A stretch of DNA of 64,000 nucleotides from an uncultured Lachnospiraceae bacterium (GCA_946614135.1 CAMOGH010000008.1:447-64446); one strand, 5' to 3'; positions 49,024-59,351 are shown, counted from the stretch's first letter. Translations and numbers: made by a program. The notes: generated by a model not told the origin, from the sequence alone.

Positions 49024-49965
49024 TTAAAGCTGTAACAGCTTATATGCATTCTTATAAAAAATATTATCTTTCTCTTCATCAGAGAGAGGCATGATACTGA
49101 TCCTGTCAATATATTCCTTCTGATCTGACCATGGAGAATCAGTGGCAAAGAGTATTCTCTCGCTGCCAAATCCTTTGACCATCTTTACAAAGAGGTCATC
49201 ATTCATCATATGGAAACCATATCTTATTTTAGATAACTGCTTCCAGTTTATCTCACCAATTGAAAATGAAGTATCAAGATAAACATTTGTTTCTCTTAAT
49301 TTATCAAAAGCTTCATTCCATACCATCCATCCTCCCATATGAGCCAGGATGAATTTTTCAGGATTGACATCCTTTATTACCTTTACGATGCTATCTACGG
49401 GACTAAGGGCCGGTGGATAGAGTCCGATATCAGGACCTGCATGAGTTACTATAAATAATCCCTGATTTGAAGCCTCATCTATAATCCTTTCAAGTCTGAT
49501 ATCATCAAGTCTTACACCATAATAATCCGGATGAAGTTTGATACCTTTAAGTCCAAGAGACTTTATCTCTTTAATGATCTCCTTATAATTATCATTATCA
49601 GGATGAATTCCGCCAATAGACATGATACCTGTCTCACTAAAAGTCTCATTAGTGCGTGCTGCCACCTGATTAATATGTGATGCCTTGGCAGGATTTGTAA
49701 CAATAGGAAGTACCACAGAGATATCTGTTCCTGATTTCTCCATGGAAGCTTTTAAATCTGCGGCTGTTCCGCGGGTATATGGCCCAATCCCACTAAGATC
49801 TTCCAGTTTACTGATTGTTCTTTCTGCAATTTCATCAGGAAAGATATGCACGTGGAAATCTACCACCTTTGTATTAACATACCTTTTTCCTATGATTTTC
49901 TCCTTAATAAAATCCGTTCCTGGAAAATTAGGACCGGATTTATGAATGTTATGCTTTAATTCCAT
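49024..49965 (-). CDS. Amidohydrolase-2 family metal-dependent hydrolase (TIM barrel)
   Basis: 313 aa. DFHVHIF, HPD, THAG and FATDSPW motifs. Confidence 0.7.
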   Translation of the reverse strand: MELKHNIHKSGPNFPGTDFIKEKIIGKRYVNTKVVDFHVHIFPDEIAERTISKLEDLSGIGPYTRGTAADLKASMEKSGTDISVVLPIVTNPAKASHINQVAARTNETFSETGIMSIGGIHPDNDNYKEIIKEIKSLGLKGIKLHPDYYGVRLDDIRLERIIDEASNQGLFIVTHAGPDIGLYPPALSPVDSIVKVIKDVNPEKFILAHMGGWMVWNEAFDKLRETNVYLDTSFSIGEINWKQLSKIRYGFHMMNDDLFVKMVKGFGSERILFATDSPWSDQKEYIDRISIMPLSDEEKDNIFYKNAYKLLQL

Positions 49966-49976
49966 TTAAAAAACTC

Positions 49977-51653
49977 CTACAGATCAATATAATTATAAGA
50001 AATCTTCATATCATCAAGGATGTTTGAAACTGTATCCTCTGAAGTAAGAATTACAATCTGTTCCGTATTTATACCTGAAAGTACAGAAAGAAGTGCTTCT
50101 GTATCCTTCTGGTTTTTAAAATTAATAGCATTATCTATGATAAGCGGAAGCTTCTCATTATCTGTATGCTTGGCAATACTAAGCCTTACAGCTGTATAAA
50201 CCTTTGCAGCCATTTCTTCTGAAAGAGATGAAACCGGCATATTTTCGCCATGTCCTTCTGCAATAAGTTTACCTTCGCTATCTGATGAAATACCAACAAA
50301 AAGATTATTGGTAAGAACAGGAACAAACTCTGAAAGATAAGGAACGATATTCTTTCCTGCTTTTTCCATATAACTTCTTGATAAAGCTTCAATTGTGCTT
50401 ATAGCCAGCTTGATACTCTTAACTTCGTCCTCAAGCTCTGCCTTCTTTTTAAATACCTGAGCCTGCTCTGCCTTAAGTTTATCTCTGGCAGCTTTTCTCT
50501 CTAAGAGCTTTTCTTTTTCCTCAGCTAATTTCTGTTTCTTCTCCTGATATTCCTTTGCAAAGGTCATATCAAATTCTGTTTCTTCCTGCTGTTCTCTCTC
50601 TTCTTTAATCTCTTCCAGGACTTTATTAAATTCATCTTCATCCGGAGTTTCTATGTCATCCGTATTGAAGAATCCTTTTCTTCTAAGACCATCTACAATG
50701 GTGATTATTACAAGACCTATTGAAAATATAATAAACAGCTTCTGAATTGCTTCATCAAATGGAAGAAGATGAACTATTTCAGCTATAACAAGTACTACCA
50801 AAACACCTGTAAGAAGGATCACTGGCATTCTGTCAGTTAAAGGAGTCTCTTTAGCCTCCTCAATTTCTACATCATCCTCGTCCTTTTTTCCATTCAAAGC
50901 CTCAATTTCTTTATCTATCTCTTCATCATCCTTATAAGAAACTGAGCCATCTTCATTTTCCACCAACTGTCTTGCCACTCTTTTTCTTCTCTGAGCTTCC
51001 ATAGAGAATTTCTCAGTCAGATCTTTAAGAGCCTGTTTATTTTCAGCAAGTCCCGGATCTACATCATCATATTCTTCTATCTTTTCAGCCAGTTCACTTA
51101 CCTTATGAGAAAGAGCCCTTGAATTATGCTTTTCTTTCTCCTCCTTAAGATGAGCGATTGCCTTGTTTAAATCTATATCAGATGAACCAGTAAGGATCAT
51201 ACTGCTAAGATAATCATTTAATTCCTTAGCTGCTCCTTCTCTGTTATCTCCAATATACATTGTATCACGATAGGTATTCTTATCAGTTTCAATAAGAGTA
51301 CCTGTTATGGTATTGCTGTCTTTTAAAGTAATATCTCTGCCTGAATTAACATCAAGCACAGACATTTTCTTTGCTCCATCCAGGAATGTTCTGTCTAAAA
51401 GATAATTAGTACCATCTTTTTTAAGATAGGCCGCTCCTGAATAATAAGCGCCTTTTTCCGGTTTATAGAGATTGTATTCACTGTTTTTCTTATCATCCTT
51501 AGGAATACCAAACATCATTCCCTTGATAAATGAACCAACAGTTGATTTACCTGAATCTTTGCCACCATGAACTACATTAAGACCAGGCTTAAGAACAATC
51601 TCTTCGTTATGAAATTTACCAAAATCTCTTAATAAGAGCTTTGTAAGATACAT
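49977..51653 (-). CDS. SbcC/YhaN-like AAA ATPase with a coiled coil and two internal hydrophobic helices
   Basis: 558 aa. N-terminal Walker A GGKDSGKST, Glu/Lys-rich coiled coil, internal segment PVILLTGVLVVLVIAEIVHLL...FIIFSIGLVIITIV, and a C-terminal LPLIIDNA. Confidence 0.65.
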   Translation of the reverse strand: MYLTKLLLRDFGKFHNEEIVLKPGLNVVHGGKDSGKSTVGSFIKGMMFGIPKDDKKNSEYNLYKPEKGAYYSGAAYLKKDGTNYLLDRTFLDGAKKMSVLDVNSGRDITLKDSNTITGTLIETDKNTYRDTMYIGDNREGAAKELNDYLSSMILTGSSDIDLNKAIAHLKEEKEKHNSRALSHKVSELAEKIEEYDDVDPGLAENKQALKDLTEKFSMEAQRRKRVARQLVENEDGSVSYKDDEEIDKEIEALNGKKDEDDVEIEEAKETPLTDRMPVILLTGVLVVLVIAEIVHLLPFDEAIQKLFIIFSIGLVIITIVDGLRRKGFFNTDDIETPDEDEFNKVLEEIKEEREQQEETEFDMTFAKEYQEKKQKLAEEKEKLLERKAARDKLKAEQAQVFKKKAELEDEVKSIKLAISTIEALSRSYMEKAGKNIVPYLSEFVPVLTNNLFVGISSDSEGKLIAEGHGENMPVSSLSEEMAAKVYTAVRLSIAKHTDNEKLPLIIDNAINFKNQKDTEALLSVLSGINTEQIVILTSEDTVSNILDDMKISYNYIDL

Positions 51654-51655
51654 AT

Positions 51656-52714
51656 TTATTCTCCTGCCTTGATCAGAGCTTCAAGACCATATCTTAAAGC
51701 TTTTTCTCTAATCCTTGTGTCTATAGTGTAACTATCATTTACTTCACTGATGAATCTTCCAACAAGATTTTTCTCGTTATCAGCCTCCATCTGTTCAACT
51801 TTCTTTCTTGAAATAGTCTTATCAACTATCCTATATACATTAAACCTGCTCTGGATTCTTGTAAAATCCGGTCTCTTATCTTCATTGGTAAAGCCTTTTA
51901 AAATAATGGTATAGATATTCTCTTTACCAAGCTTAAGCATCTTATCCTCAGCCATCTTCTCAACTTCTTCATTCTTAAGATCTGAGCTGAGATCAAACTG
52001 GAAATTGATATAACTTCTTTTAGCTATAGGACACCATTTGATCCTGGTGCCTTTCTCATCAATTTCTCCAAGAATATAACCGTGATTTCCTCTGTCATTT
52101 GGCCCCAGTGGTTCCGGTGAACCTGAATAAGCCATACGATTTTTTAATATGTGCACCGGATTAGTTGAATGTCCCAGTGCAATATAGTGGAAACCTTTTC
52201 TTGCAATATTTTCTCTGCTAAACGGCATATGCTCAGCATCACCGCCACAACCAAGTAAGATATTGATTGCTCCCGGCTTACCAGGATTGATATTCCCGAT
52301 AACATTTTCTATATGCTCATTTTTACCGTAGCTATATCCTGTAATACATGTATTTATATTTTTAAGGAACGCATTCGTAGTCTTCTCTGCAGGAAGAACT
52401 GCGCTCTTTGATCTGAATTTAAAATGTGCCCAGTCACTTGTTGGTTCCATATAATCTCTGTCTCCAGAGATCATAATAGTCCTTGTATGTTCAAGGGTCT
52501 GAAGCTTTGCATCCACCTTTACCAGGTCATCGAAGGTTGGTGGCGCATTAAAAAGATTACCAGCAATAAGGAGAAGATCTACATGTTTCTCATTACAGTC
52601 TGATATTATTCTATCAAATGCTTCTTCAATTTCTCTTGCACGATCCTGACTCCATTCACGTCCTTCATCAGGAACGGCCCCAAGACATATATCTGATGTA
52701 TGAATAAACCTCAT
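51656..52714 (-). CDS. SbcD/YhaO-like calcineurin-type phosphoesterase with non-canonical metal-site motifs
   Basis: 352 aa. N-terminal MRFIHTSDICLG, then IAGNLFN, ISGDRDY and ALGHS, in the order of phosphoesterase motifs I-IV. Confidence 0.6.
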   Translation of the reverse strand: MRFIHTSDICLGAVPDEGREWSQDRAREIEEAFDRIISDCNEKHVDLLLIAGNLFNAPPTFDDLVKVDAKLQTLEHTRTIMISGDRDYMEPTSDWAHFKFRSKSAVLPAEKTTNAFLKNINTCITGYSYGKNEHIENVIGNINPGKPGAINILLGCGGDAEHMPFSRENIARKGFHYIALGHSTNPVHILKNRMAYSGSPEPLGPNDRGNHGYILGEIDEKGTRIKWCPIAKRSYINFQFDLSSDLKNEEVEKMAEDKMLKLGKENIYTIILKGFTNEDKRPDFTRIQSRFNVYRIVDKTISRKKVEQMEADNEKNLVGRFISEVNDSYTIDTRIREKALRYGLEALIKAGE

Positions 52715-52825
52715 ATTTAATCCTTCTTCATTCTTAAATAAATACGTGGGTAGACTATACCCATTTTTTTACATACCTTCATATTATAATAAAAAAAAAT
52801 GAAATTAACAACCATATAAGAAACG

Positions 52826-52891
52826 AAAAAACCTGTCATTAGCCTCAGATTTTAGTAAATAATATCTGATAATCATATCTGACAGGTTTTT
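52826..52891 (-). terminator. Terminator after the EAL protein gene
   Basis: Outer stem aaacctgtca / tgacaggttt with an inner stem, followed by a T-run on the minus strand. Confidence 0.6.
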
Positions 52892-52897
52892 CTTGAT

Positions 52898-54961
52898 TTA
52901 GATCTTTTCCTTCATATTAACATTCTTTGTAATATTGTTAATACTTAAAGCATACATATATCTACCGTTTAGTTCAGCAATTACGCGGGCTTCCAGCTCC
53001 ATATATTCTTTGCCATAAGGATAGGTCATTTCCTTTTCCTCATTTTCCTGAACTCTTACCGCAAATTCACGAAGCATTTTATGAATAGGATTATCAGGAT
53101 TATTCATATTTCTTTCTGCCTCTTCGACTGATTGAACCCCACTGTCACGTAGAATCTCACTAAACAGTTCATTTGCAAAGAATATACGGAAATGTTTCCC
53201 ATCATCTTCTGAAATAGCCAGCGGCTTATCTGTAAGGAAATTAACCTTACCTACCCTGTCATAATATTCTGACTCTGACAATTCTTCCACCACGGCCCCC
53301 TTCTCCTCACAATTTTTAATTATCTCTTCGTAAGGAGACGGCTTACTGAAATAATACCCTTGGATCTTCTCACATCCAATACTTCTTAAAAATTCAAACT
53401 GCTCTTTATTTTCGACTCCTTCAGCAAGAGTCTGGATATTTATTTTTTTCGCCATCATTACTGCTGATTCCAGGATATCTTTTGACTTTTTATTAAAGTT
53501 TGAAAGAAAGACCATATCAATCTTTAATTCATCGAAATCAAAGTCTTTTAGAACATTTAAAGATGAATATCCGCTTCCAAAGTCATCCATCCATACATTG
53601 TATCCTGATTCATGGAAGCCATCGATTTGTGATTTGATCCGGCTTGCATCCTCCATAAACATACTTTCAGTAATCTCAATATTCAGCATTTTTTTAGGTA
53701 CATTATAAAGAACTGCAAGATCATCAATTTCTTTTCTAATGTCTGTAAGTACAAAATCGAGTCTTGAAAGGTTAAATGATACCGGAACGAGAGGGATATC
53801 ATTTTCAACACATCTCTTATAATTTTTGCATACTTCTTCAACAATATACCTGTCCAGTTTATGGATCAGTCTTGCATCTTCAAGTGCGGATATGAAATCG
53901 TAGGGATTAAGAAATCCCACTTCCGGATCAATCCACCTGGCGAGGGCTTCCATGCCACATAATTCACCAGTCAGTGCTCTTATCACCGGCTGATAAAATA
54001 CTTTTATATAACCTTTTTCAATAGCCTTTTCTATATTATTTACCACATAGTACTGAAGATTTATCTTACGTCCCAGTTCCTCTGTGTAATATATAAAATG
54101 TTCCCCTGCCTGATATTTTATGCTTTCGCAGGCGATCTGTGCATATCCAACAGAAATCTCCGCCTTCTCATTATAATCAGTTACCAGATATGCACCTATT
54201 TTTAATTCTATAGTATTTCCTATAAGTTCTATATCCATTATGCGTCTGCTTACAGATTCAATCTTTTCTTTAATGCCTTCATGTACCGTAAGAAGAGCAA
54301 AATGATCATCTGCAAACCTGGAAATATAATCATTCTTAAAGGTATCTTTTAAGATTGATGCAACTTCCTTTAAGATCCTGTCTCCACGTTCAATGCCATA
54401 TTTAATATTTATTATTTTGAAATGACTGATATTTAAATAGATATACACCATTTCCGGTGCATCTTTATTAATAGACATTAACTTTAGCAGCCTGGTAGCA
54501 TATTCATCAAATCTTTTCTGCCCAGGCAGTCCTGTTAATTTATCCACATCATAAGTAAGATATTTAATATCTGTATCCACAAGGAAAACATAATATAAAA
54601 GCCCCAGTTCAGGATGCTCAACTAACTTTCCATAATCTTCCAGATATCTGACTTTATTATTTTTTGTGATTATCCTGTAATTAACATGGTCAAATTTATC
54701 GATGCCGGTGATTATCTGATTCTCGATATCACTCTCAACCAGCTCAATATCATCGGGATGGACCATTTTTTTAAATGATCCCTCTGATAATTCCATAAAT
54801 TCATCGAAAGAATCGCATTCAAAAATAGTGAGGGTCGCATGATTCGCATAGAGAATCTCTTCCTCTTCATTTGCTTTATATATCAGCACTCCTCCCGGCA
54901 TTGAATCAAATGCATGAAATAAAAGCTGCTCTTTATATTTATCTGCGTCATATTTCCCCAT
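52898..54961 (-). CDS. PAS / degenerate GGDEF / EAL domain protein (probable c-di-GMP phosphodiesterase)
   Basis: 687 aa. The GGDEF position reads RFADDHF. EAL motifs are intact (MEALARW, DDFGSGYSSL). Confidence 0.8.
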   Translation of the reverse strand: MGKYDADKYKEQLLFHAFDSMPGGVLIYKANEEEEILYANHATLTIFECDSFDEFMELSEGSFKKMVHPDDIELVESDIENQIITGIDKFDHVNYRIITKNNKVRYLEDYGKLVEHPELGLLYYVFLVDTDIKYLTYDVDKLTGLPGQKRFDEYATRLLKLMSINKDAPEMVYIYLNISHFKIINIKYGIERGDRILKEVASILKDTFKNDYISRFADDHFALLTVHEGIKEKIESVSRRIMDIELIGNTIELKIGAYLVTDYNEKAEISVGYAQIACESIKYQAGEHFIYYTEELGRKINLQYYVVNNIEKAIEKGYIKVFYQPVIRALTGELCGMEALARWIDPEVGFLNPYDFISALEDARLIHKLDRYIVEEVCKNYKRCVENDIPLVPVSFNLSRLDFVLTDIRKEIDDLAVLYNVPKKMLNIEITESMFMEDASRIKSQIDGFHESGYNVWMDDFGSGYSSLNVLKDFDFDELKIDMVFLSNFNKKSKDILESAVMMAKKINIQTLAEGVENKEQFEFLRSIGCEKIQGYYFSKPSPYEEIIKNCEEKGAVVEELSESEYYDRVGKVNFLTDKPLAISEDDGKHFRIFFANELFSEILRDSGVQSVEEAERNMNNPDNPIHKMLREFAVRVQENEEKEMTYPYGKEYMELEARVIAELNGRYMYALSINNITKNVNMKEKI

Positions 54962-54973
54962 ATGCTAATCCCC

Positions 54974-55360
54974 TCAGTCTATAAGTCTGAAAAATTCAAT
55001 TGCTCCTATGGTTTTATCTCCATCATATAAACAATCCGTTTCAACTTTAACTTTTATCCTATCTTGGGATTTACTAAGAAGCCATACTTCAGCTGCCCTC
55101 TTCTCCCCATCAAACATGCTTCCCAGCATAGGACACATAGTATTACAAAGATGAACATCATCTTCCGTTATATGATCAAGTCCACCTTCAAAGCAATACT
55201 TTCCCATCATTTCGTCTGCTGTATAGCCAGTGATCTCTTCTGCCTTTTTATTCCAATAGGTAATTCGTCTATCCTCATCAAGACAATATACCCCCATATC
55301 TGAATTATCAAAATCTTCTTTATTATCTAAAAAAAAACTATTTTTCATAAGCGCCCCCAT
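54974..55360 (-). CDS. Stand-alone PAS domain protein
   Basis: PAS core GVYCLDEDRRITYWNKKAEEITGYTADEMMGK. The start is uncertain (MGALMKN chosen). Confidence 0.6.
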   Translation of the reverse strand: MGALMKNSFFLDNKEDFDNSDMGVYCLDEDRRITYWNKKAEEITGYTADEMMGKYCFEGGLDHITEDDVHLCNTMCPMLGSMFDGEKRAAEVWLLSKSQDRIKVKVETDCLYDGDKTIGAIEFFRLID

Positions 55361-55442
55361 AAAAAAATCCTGTAAATGCAACACATATACAGGATAATTT
55401 TATCATATGGAATATTTGTTCTCTATAAAATGACTTTTAAGT

Positions 55443-57344
55443 TCATAAATTTTTCTTATATTTTACTTTGGTTTGCTTTATCTTTCCTTGTTTCTCCGGT
55501 TTCTTCTTTCCACGCTTCTCTTGATTAATATTTCCTCGGTTCTCTGGATTCATCTTTCTAGGTGGAATGAGACATTTCTCTCCAAATCCAATCAGGTCTT
55601 TCCTGTTCGCCTTAAGTAAAGCCTCTTTCACCAATTCATAATTTTCAGGTTTTTTATATTGAAGAAGAGCCCTCTGCATTGCCTTCTCATGCATATCATG
55701 AGCTGTTCTTACTTTTTTCATGGTTCTTGGATCAAGACCTGTGTAATACATAACCGTTGAAACTGTGGATGGTGTCGGATAAAAATCCTGCACCTGTTCC
55801 GGCATATATCCCATATCCCTTATAGCTTCCGCAAGAGCAATGGCATCATTTAAATCCGAACCCGGATGAGAAGAAATAAGATAAGGAACAAGGTACTGAT
55901 CTTTCTTACATTCCTTATTTATTTTTTCAAACCTCTGACAGAATCTGTGATATACCTCACTTCTTGGTTTTCCCATAAGATCCAGCACGTGATCAGTTAC
56001 ATGTTCCGGTGCTACACGAAGCTGTCCTGAGATATGATATTTTATCAACTCTCTAAAAAATGTATCATCCTTATCTGCAAGGACATAATCAAACCTTATA
56101 CCAGATCTGATAAAAACCTTTTTAACTCCCGGAAGATTTCTTAGTTCACGCAGGATCTGAACATATGCCTTATGATCCACCTTCATATTTGGACAAACTT
56201 CTGGATAAAGGCACTGCTTATTCGGACATACGCCATATTTCTTTTGCTTCTCACAGGCTGGATGATCAAAATCTGCCGTTGGTCCTCCCACGTCATAGAT
56301 ATATCCTTTGAAATCCGGCTGTTCTATCATCCATTTCGCTTCCTTAAGGATGGATTCCTTTGATCTCGCCTGCAAAACTCTCCCCTGATGAAATGTTATT
56401 GCACAGAAACTGCATCCCCCAAAGCATCCACGATTTACAGTAAGGGAAAATTTCATGTCTCCAAAAGCCGGAACCCCTCCTAGTTTGTCATAGGAAGAAT
56501 GCCATTTATTTTCATAAGGAAGTGCGTATACATCATCTAATTCCATAGTAGTAAGGGGGCGCATTGGAGGATTCTGTATCACAAATCTGTGAGCTCCATA
56601 CTGTTCCACCAAAGTTTTTCCACTTATACTATCCGTATTCATGTGCTGTACTCTAAAGGACTCTGCATATTTTGTTTTATCCTGAAGACATTCATCATAA
56701 GAAGGAAGCATTATATGATCATATACTGTATCAAGGTTTTTAGCATTATATGCAGTTCCCGCCACATAAGTTATATCTCTTATGGCTATTCCTGAATTAA
56801 GTGCATCTGCCACTTCAACTGTAGCCAGTTCTCCCATTCCATATATTAAAAGATCTGCCCCAGAATCAAGAAGAATAGATTTTTTATACTTATCCGCCCA
56901 ATAATCATAATGAGCCAGACGTCTTAAGCTCGCTTCAATGCCGCCTATTATTATAGGCATGTCATTTCCATACTCTTTTCTTATCATCTGACAGTAGCAT
57001 ATTGTAGCATTATCTGGTCTTCTTCCAGCTTTTCCGCCAGGCGTATAAGCATCCTCATGTCTTCTTTTTTTGTTAACTGTATAATGATTTACCATGGAAT
57101 CCATATTACCGGCTGATACAAGGAACCCAAGACGTGGTTTTCCCAGGACCGTAATACTGGCAGAATTTTTATAATCCGGCTGTGAAATGATAGCTATTTT
57201 GTAACCATGAGCTTCAAGTGTACGGCTGATTATAGCCGGGCCAAATGAAGAATGGTCCACATACGCATCTCCGATCACATATATAAAATCAGCTGTGTCC
57301 CAGCCTCTTTCCTTCATTTCATTTTTAGATATTGGTAAAAACAT
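55443..57344 (-). CDS. YgiQ-family radical SAM protein (UPF0313)
   Basis: 633 aa. N-terminal MFLPISKNEMKERGWD, the CFGGCSFC cluster motif, and a Lys-rich tail. Confidence 0.85.
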   Translation of the reverse strand: MFLPISKNEMKERGWDTADFIYVIGDAYVDHSSFGPAIISRTLEAHGYKIAIISQPDYKNSASITVLGKPRLGFLVSAGNMDSMVNHYTVNKKRRHEDAYTPGGKAGRRPDNATICYCQMIRKEYGNDMPIIIGGIEASLRRLAHYDYWADKYKKSILLDSGADLLIYGMGELATVEVADALNSGIAIRDITYVAGTAYNAKNLDTVYDHIMLPSYDECLQDKTKYAESFRVQHMNTDSISGKTLVEQYGAHRFVIQNPPMRPLTTMELDDVYALPYENKWHSSYDKLGGVPAFGDMKFSLTVNRGCFGGCSFCAITFHQGRVLQARSKESILKEAKWMIEQPDFKGYIYDVGGPTADFDHPACEKQKKYGVCPNKQCLYPEVCPNMKVDHKAYVQILRELRNLPGVKKVFIRSGIRFDYVLADKDDTFFRELIKYHISGQLRVAPEHVTDHVLDLMGKPRSEVYHRFCQRFEKINKECKKDQYLVPYLISSHPGSDLNDAIALAEAIRDMGYMPEQVQDFYPTPSTVSTVMYYTGLDPRTMKKVRTAHDMHEKAMQRALLQYKKPENYELVKEALLKANRKDLIGFGEKCLIPPRKMNPENRGNINQEKRGKKKPEKQGKIKQTKVKYKKNL

Positions 57345-57460
57345 CCGTCAAAAATCCTTTGCTTTAACTTATAAATATTTCTATCTTTTGTTTTTTCTTT
57401 TTTTGTTATTTTACGTCATTGACAACTTTATCTGCAACCAAAAATAAGCAAATAGACAAG

Positions 57461-57517
57461 CTGATGGACTTTGAAAACGAAAAAAAACCAAAAAAACTGA
57501 TGGTCTTTGAAAACGAA
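57461..57517. repeat. Direct repeat of a 21-nt unit, two copies at a 36-nt period
   Basis: ctgatggactttgaaaacgaa (57461-57481) and ctgatggtctttgaaaacgaa (57497-57517). Confidence 0.8.
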
Positions 57518-57536
57518 CAAAAACAAAGACCATCAG
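57497..57536 (-). terminator. Terminator after the AAC(3)-family gene
   Basis: Stem ctgatggtctttg / caaagaccatcag followed by T-runs on the minus strand. Confidence 0.7.
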
Positions 57537-57621
57537 CTAAATAAGTGAGTTTTAAAGCGGGTAAAATGCTAAAGGGAAACTCATACCCTCTAAGCCAAAT
57601 TAAATTGTGAGACTAACAGAC

Positions 57622-58416
57622 TTATTTTCTGTTTGCTTCAATCCATTTTACAGAAAAATCAACTATATCACGCTGATTCATAAGTCTGAGTTCGGCGTCT
57701 CCTGCCTTAGCATGTGCTACAGAACACTCTGCCTCAAATGCTTCTCCGATGGCATCAAAATCTTCGCCATCAACAAATAAAGTATCATATGCCTTCCATA
57801 CTCTCTTTCCATTTTCCATAATGGCACTATATTCAGTGCAGTTATGTTTTCCTGGATAATCAGCTCTAACATCCGCAAGATGAATAGATGTATTCTTATC
57901 ATATCCAACACCGATAAGAAGTACCTTGGCATTTAATTCATATAATTTTGCAATAGGTGAACCCTCTCCAAAGATATTAGAGAGATCATGATCTTTTGTA
58001 AGATACTCAGCATGTTTTCCCCATGCTGCAACAGATCTGGCTGGATGATCACTTCTTAAAGCTCCAGGCCAGCTTCTAAACATTTCTGCAACGGCTCCCA
58101 TTGTATTTGTTGGAGTTATAGCCTTATCATATGCTGGCCAGTTATCTCTTACGATCTGCCAGTCATCCTTTGAGATAGTCCAATGAACGCCATCTTCTGG
58201 ATCAAGATTCTTCCAGGACTGAGTTGGCATCATAATTGTTCCTTCACTGCCTACTGTCTCAATTAAAGCTTCAATAACACCTTGAGCTCCGCCACATACA
58301 TATCCAATACTTCCAAGTGAAGTATGCACCATTACAGTGTCCCCACTAGCAAGTCCTAATTCTTTTAATGATTTTTTTATATCTTCTTTGGTAACTGTCG
58401 TCATAAACTTTTCCAT
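57622..58416 (-). CDS. Aminoglycoside 3-N-acetyltransferase family protein, AAC(3)
   Basis: 264 aa. AGGAGA upstream. GDTVMVHTSLGSIGYVCGGAQGVIEAL and MPTQSW are typical of the Antibiotic_NAT family. Confidence 0.75.
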   Translation of the reverse strand: MEKFMTTVTKEDIKKSLKELGLASGDTVMVHTSLGSIGYVCGGAQGVIEALIETVGSEGTIMMPTQSWKNLDPEDGVHWTISKDDWQIVRDNWPAYDKAITPTNTMGAVAEMFRSWPGALRSDHPARSVAAWGKHAEYLTKDHDLSNIFGEGSPIAKLYELNAKVLLIGVGYDKNTSIHLADVRADYPGKHNCTEYSAIMENGKRVWKAYDTLFVDGEDFDAIGEAFEAECSVAHAKAGDAELRLMNQRDIVDFSVKWIEANRK

Positions 58417-58589
58417 TAAAAAATCTCCTGTCGTTTCGTTAGATTTATTATCTGTCCTGTTTATGATTATTACCTAAGTTTCCTTATTTGGCAATAGGTT
58501 AAACGCATAACCTAGAAAAAATATTTTTCTTTATATAAAATAAGTTGCATGAACAACCGTTTTTTTATTGCTGATACTCTGCTTTTAAT

Positions 58590-58651
58590 GCTTAGTTTTG
58601 TTTTGAAAGCATAATTGTTGCTTGTTACGCTTAGTTTTGTTTTGAAAGCAT
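58590..58651. repeat. 39-nt-period duplication of the 3' end of the 58631-59038 gene
   Basis: The 23-nt sequence gcttagttttgttttgaaagcat is identical at 58590-58612 and 58629-58651. The second copy contains the last codons and the stop codon. Confidence 0.8.
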
Positions 58652-59038
58652 GATTCCTGCTACTAATAAAACCAGCGAACCAAGAATCGCTATCCAAAAA
58701 CCGAGTCCCTGAGTAACGAGCCCCAGATCAATCCTTTTTAGTGCTCTTGCCACTGGATCAGCGCTTTCAAAACGCACTGCGAAATAAATATTTGTAGCAA
58801 GGGACGCTATACCTGCAATTCCTGTTGCAAGGCCGCTGCCCTTATATGCAGCATAACATCCTGCAAGTGCTACCATGATAATAATTACCCCACCTACTCT
58901 GTTGCTATCAAATACAGTAAGCGTACTATATCTGATATCCATATAATCTCTGTCCACACTTGGCAGGAATAATGCAATTATTATCACAATTGATGATATG
59001 ATTCCTAGAAATCTCCCTACTTTGTTAATGGTTTTCAT
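58631..59038 (-). CDS. Small membrane protein, unknown function
   Basis: 135 aa with four hydrophobic helices. Confidence 0.5.
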   Translation of the reverse strand: MKTINKVGRFLGIISSIVIIIALFLPSVDRDYMDIRYSTLTVFDSNRVGGVIIIMVALAGCYAAYKGSGLATGIAGIASLATNIYFAVRFESADPVARALKRIDLGLVTQGLGFWIAILGSLVLLVAGIMLSKQN

Positions 59039-59351
59039 ATCAACCTTCCTTAATCCCCTAATGATTTTCTACGTGATTTTTATTATTCTATAATACGCCT
59101 TATTTATTGTGGATGTCTATACAAAAAATGGATGCAGAAATTTGTCTCTTAATAAAGCTTCCTGTGATGCATAAGACACATTGGCTAAATTCCACGATTG
59201 TGTCTGCCCCCCCCACAAAAATTATAGTACCGCCGCAAACCAACACCTTATATAAGAGCCGCCTGCCCAGCCAAAATATAATAAAAGGCACGAAAGAATG
59301 CCATCAAAGGGCATGTTTTAGCCCGCTGATGGCATTGCTTGAGTGTCTTTT

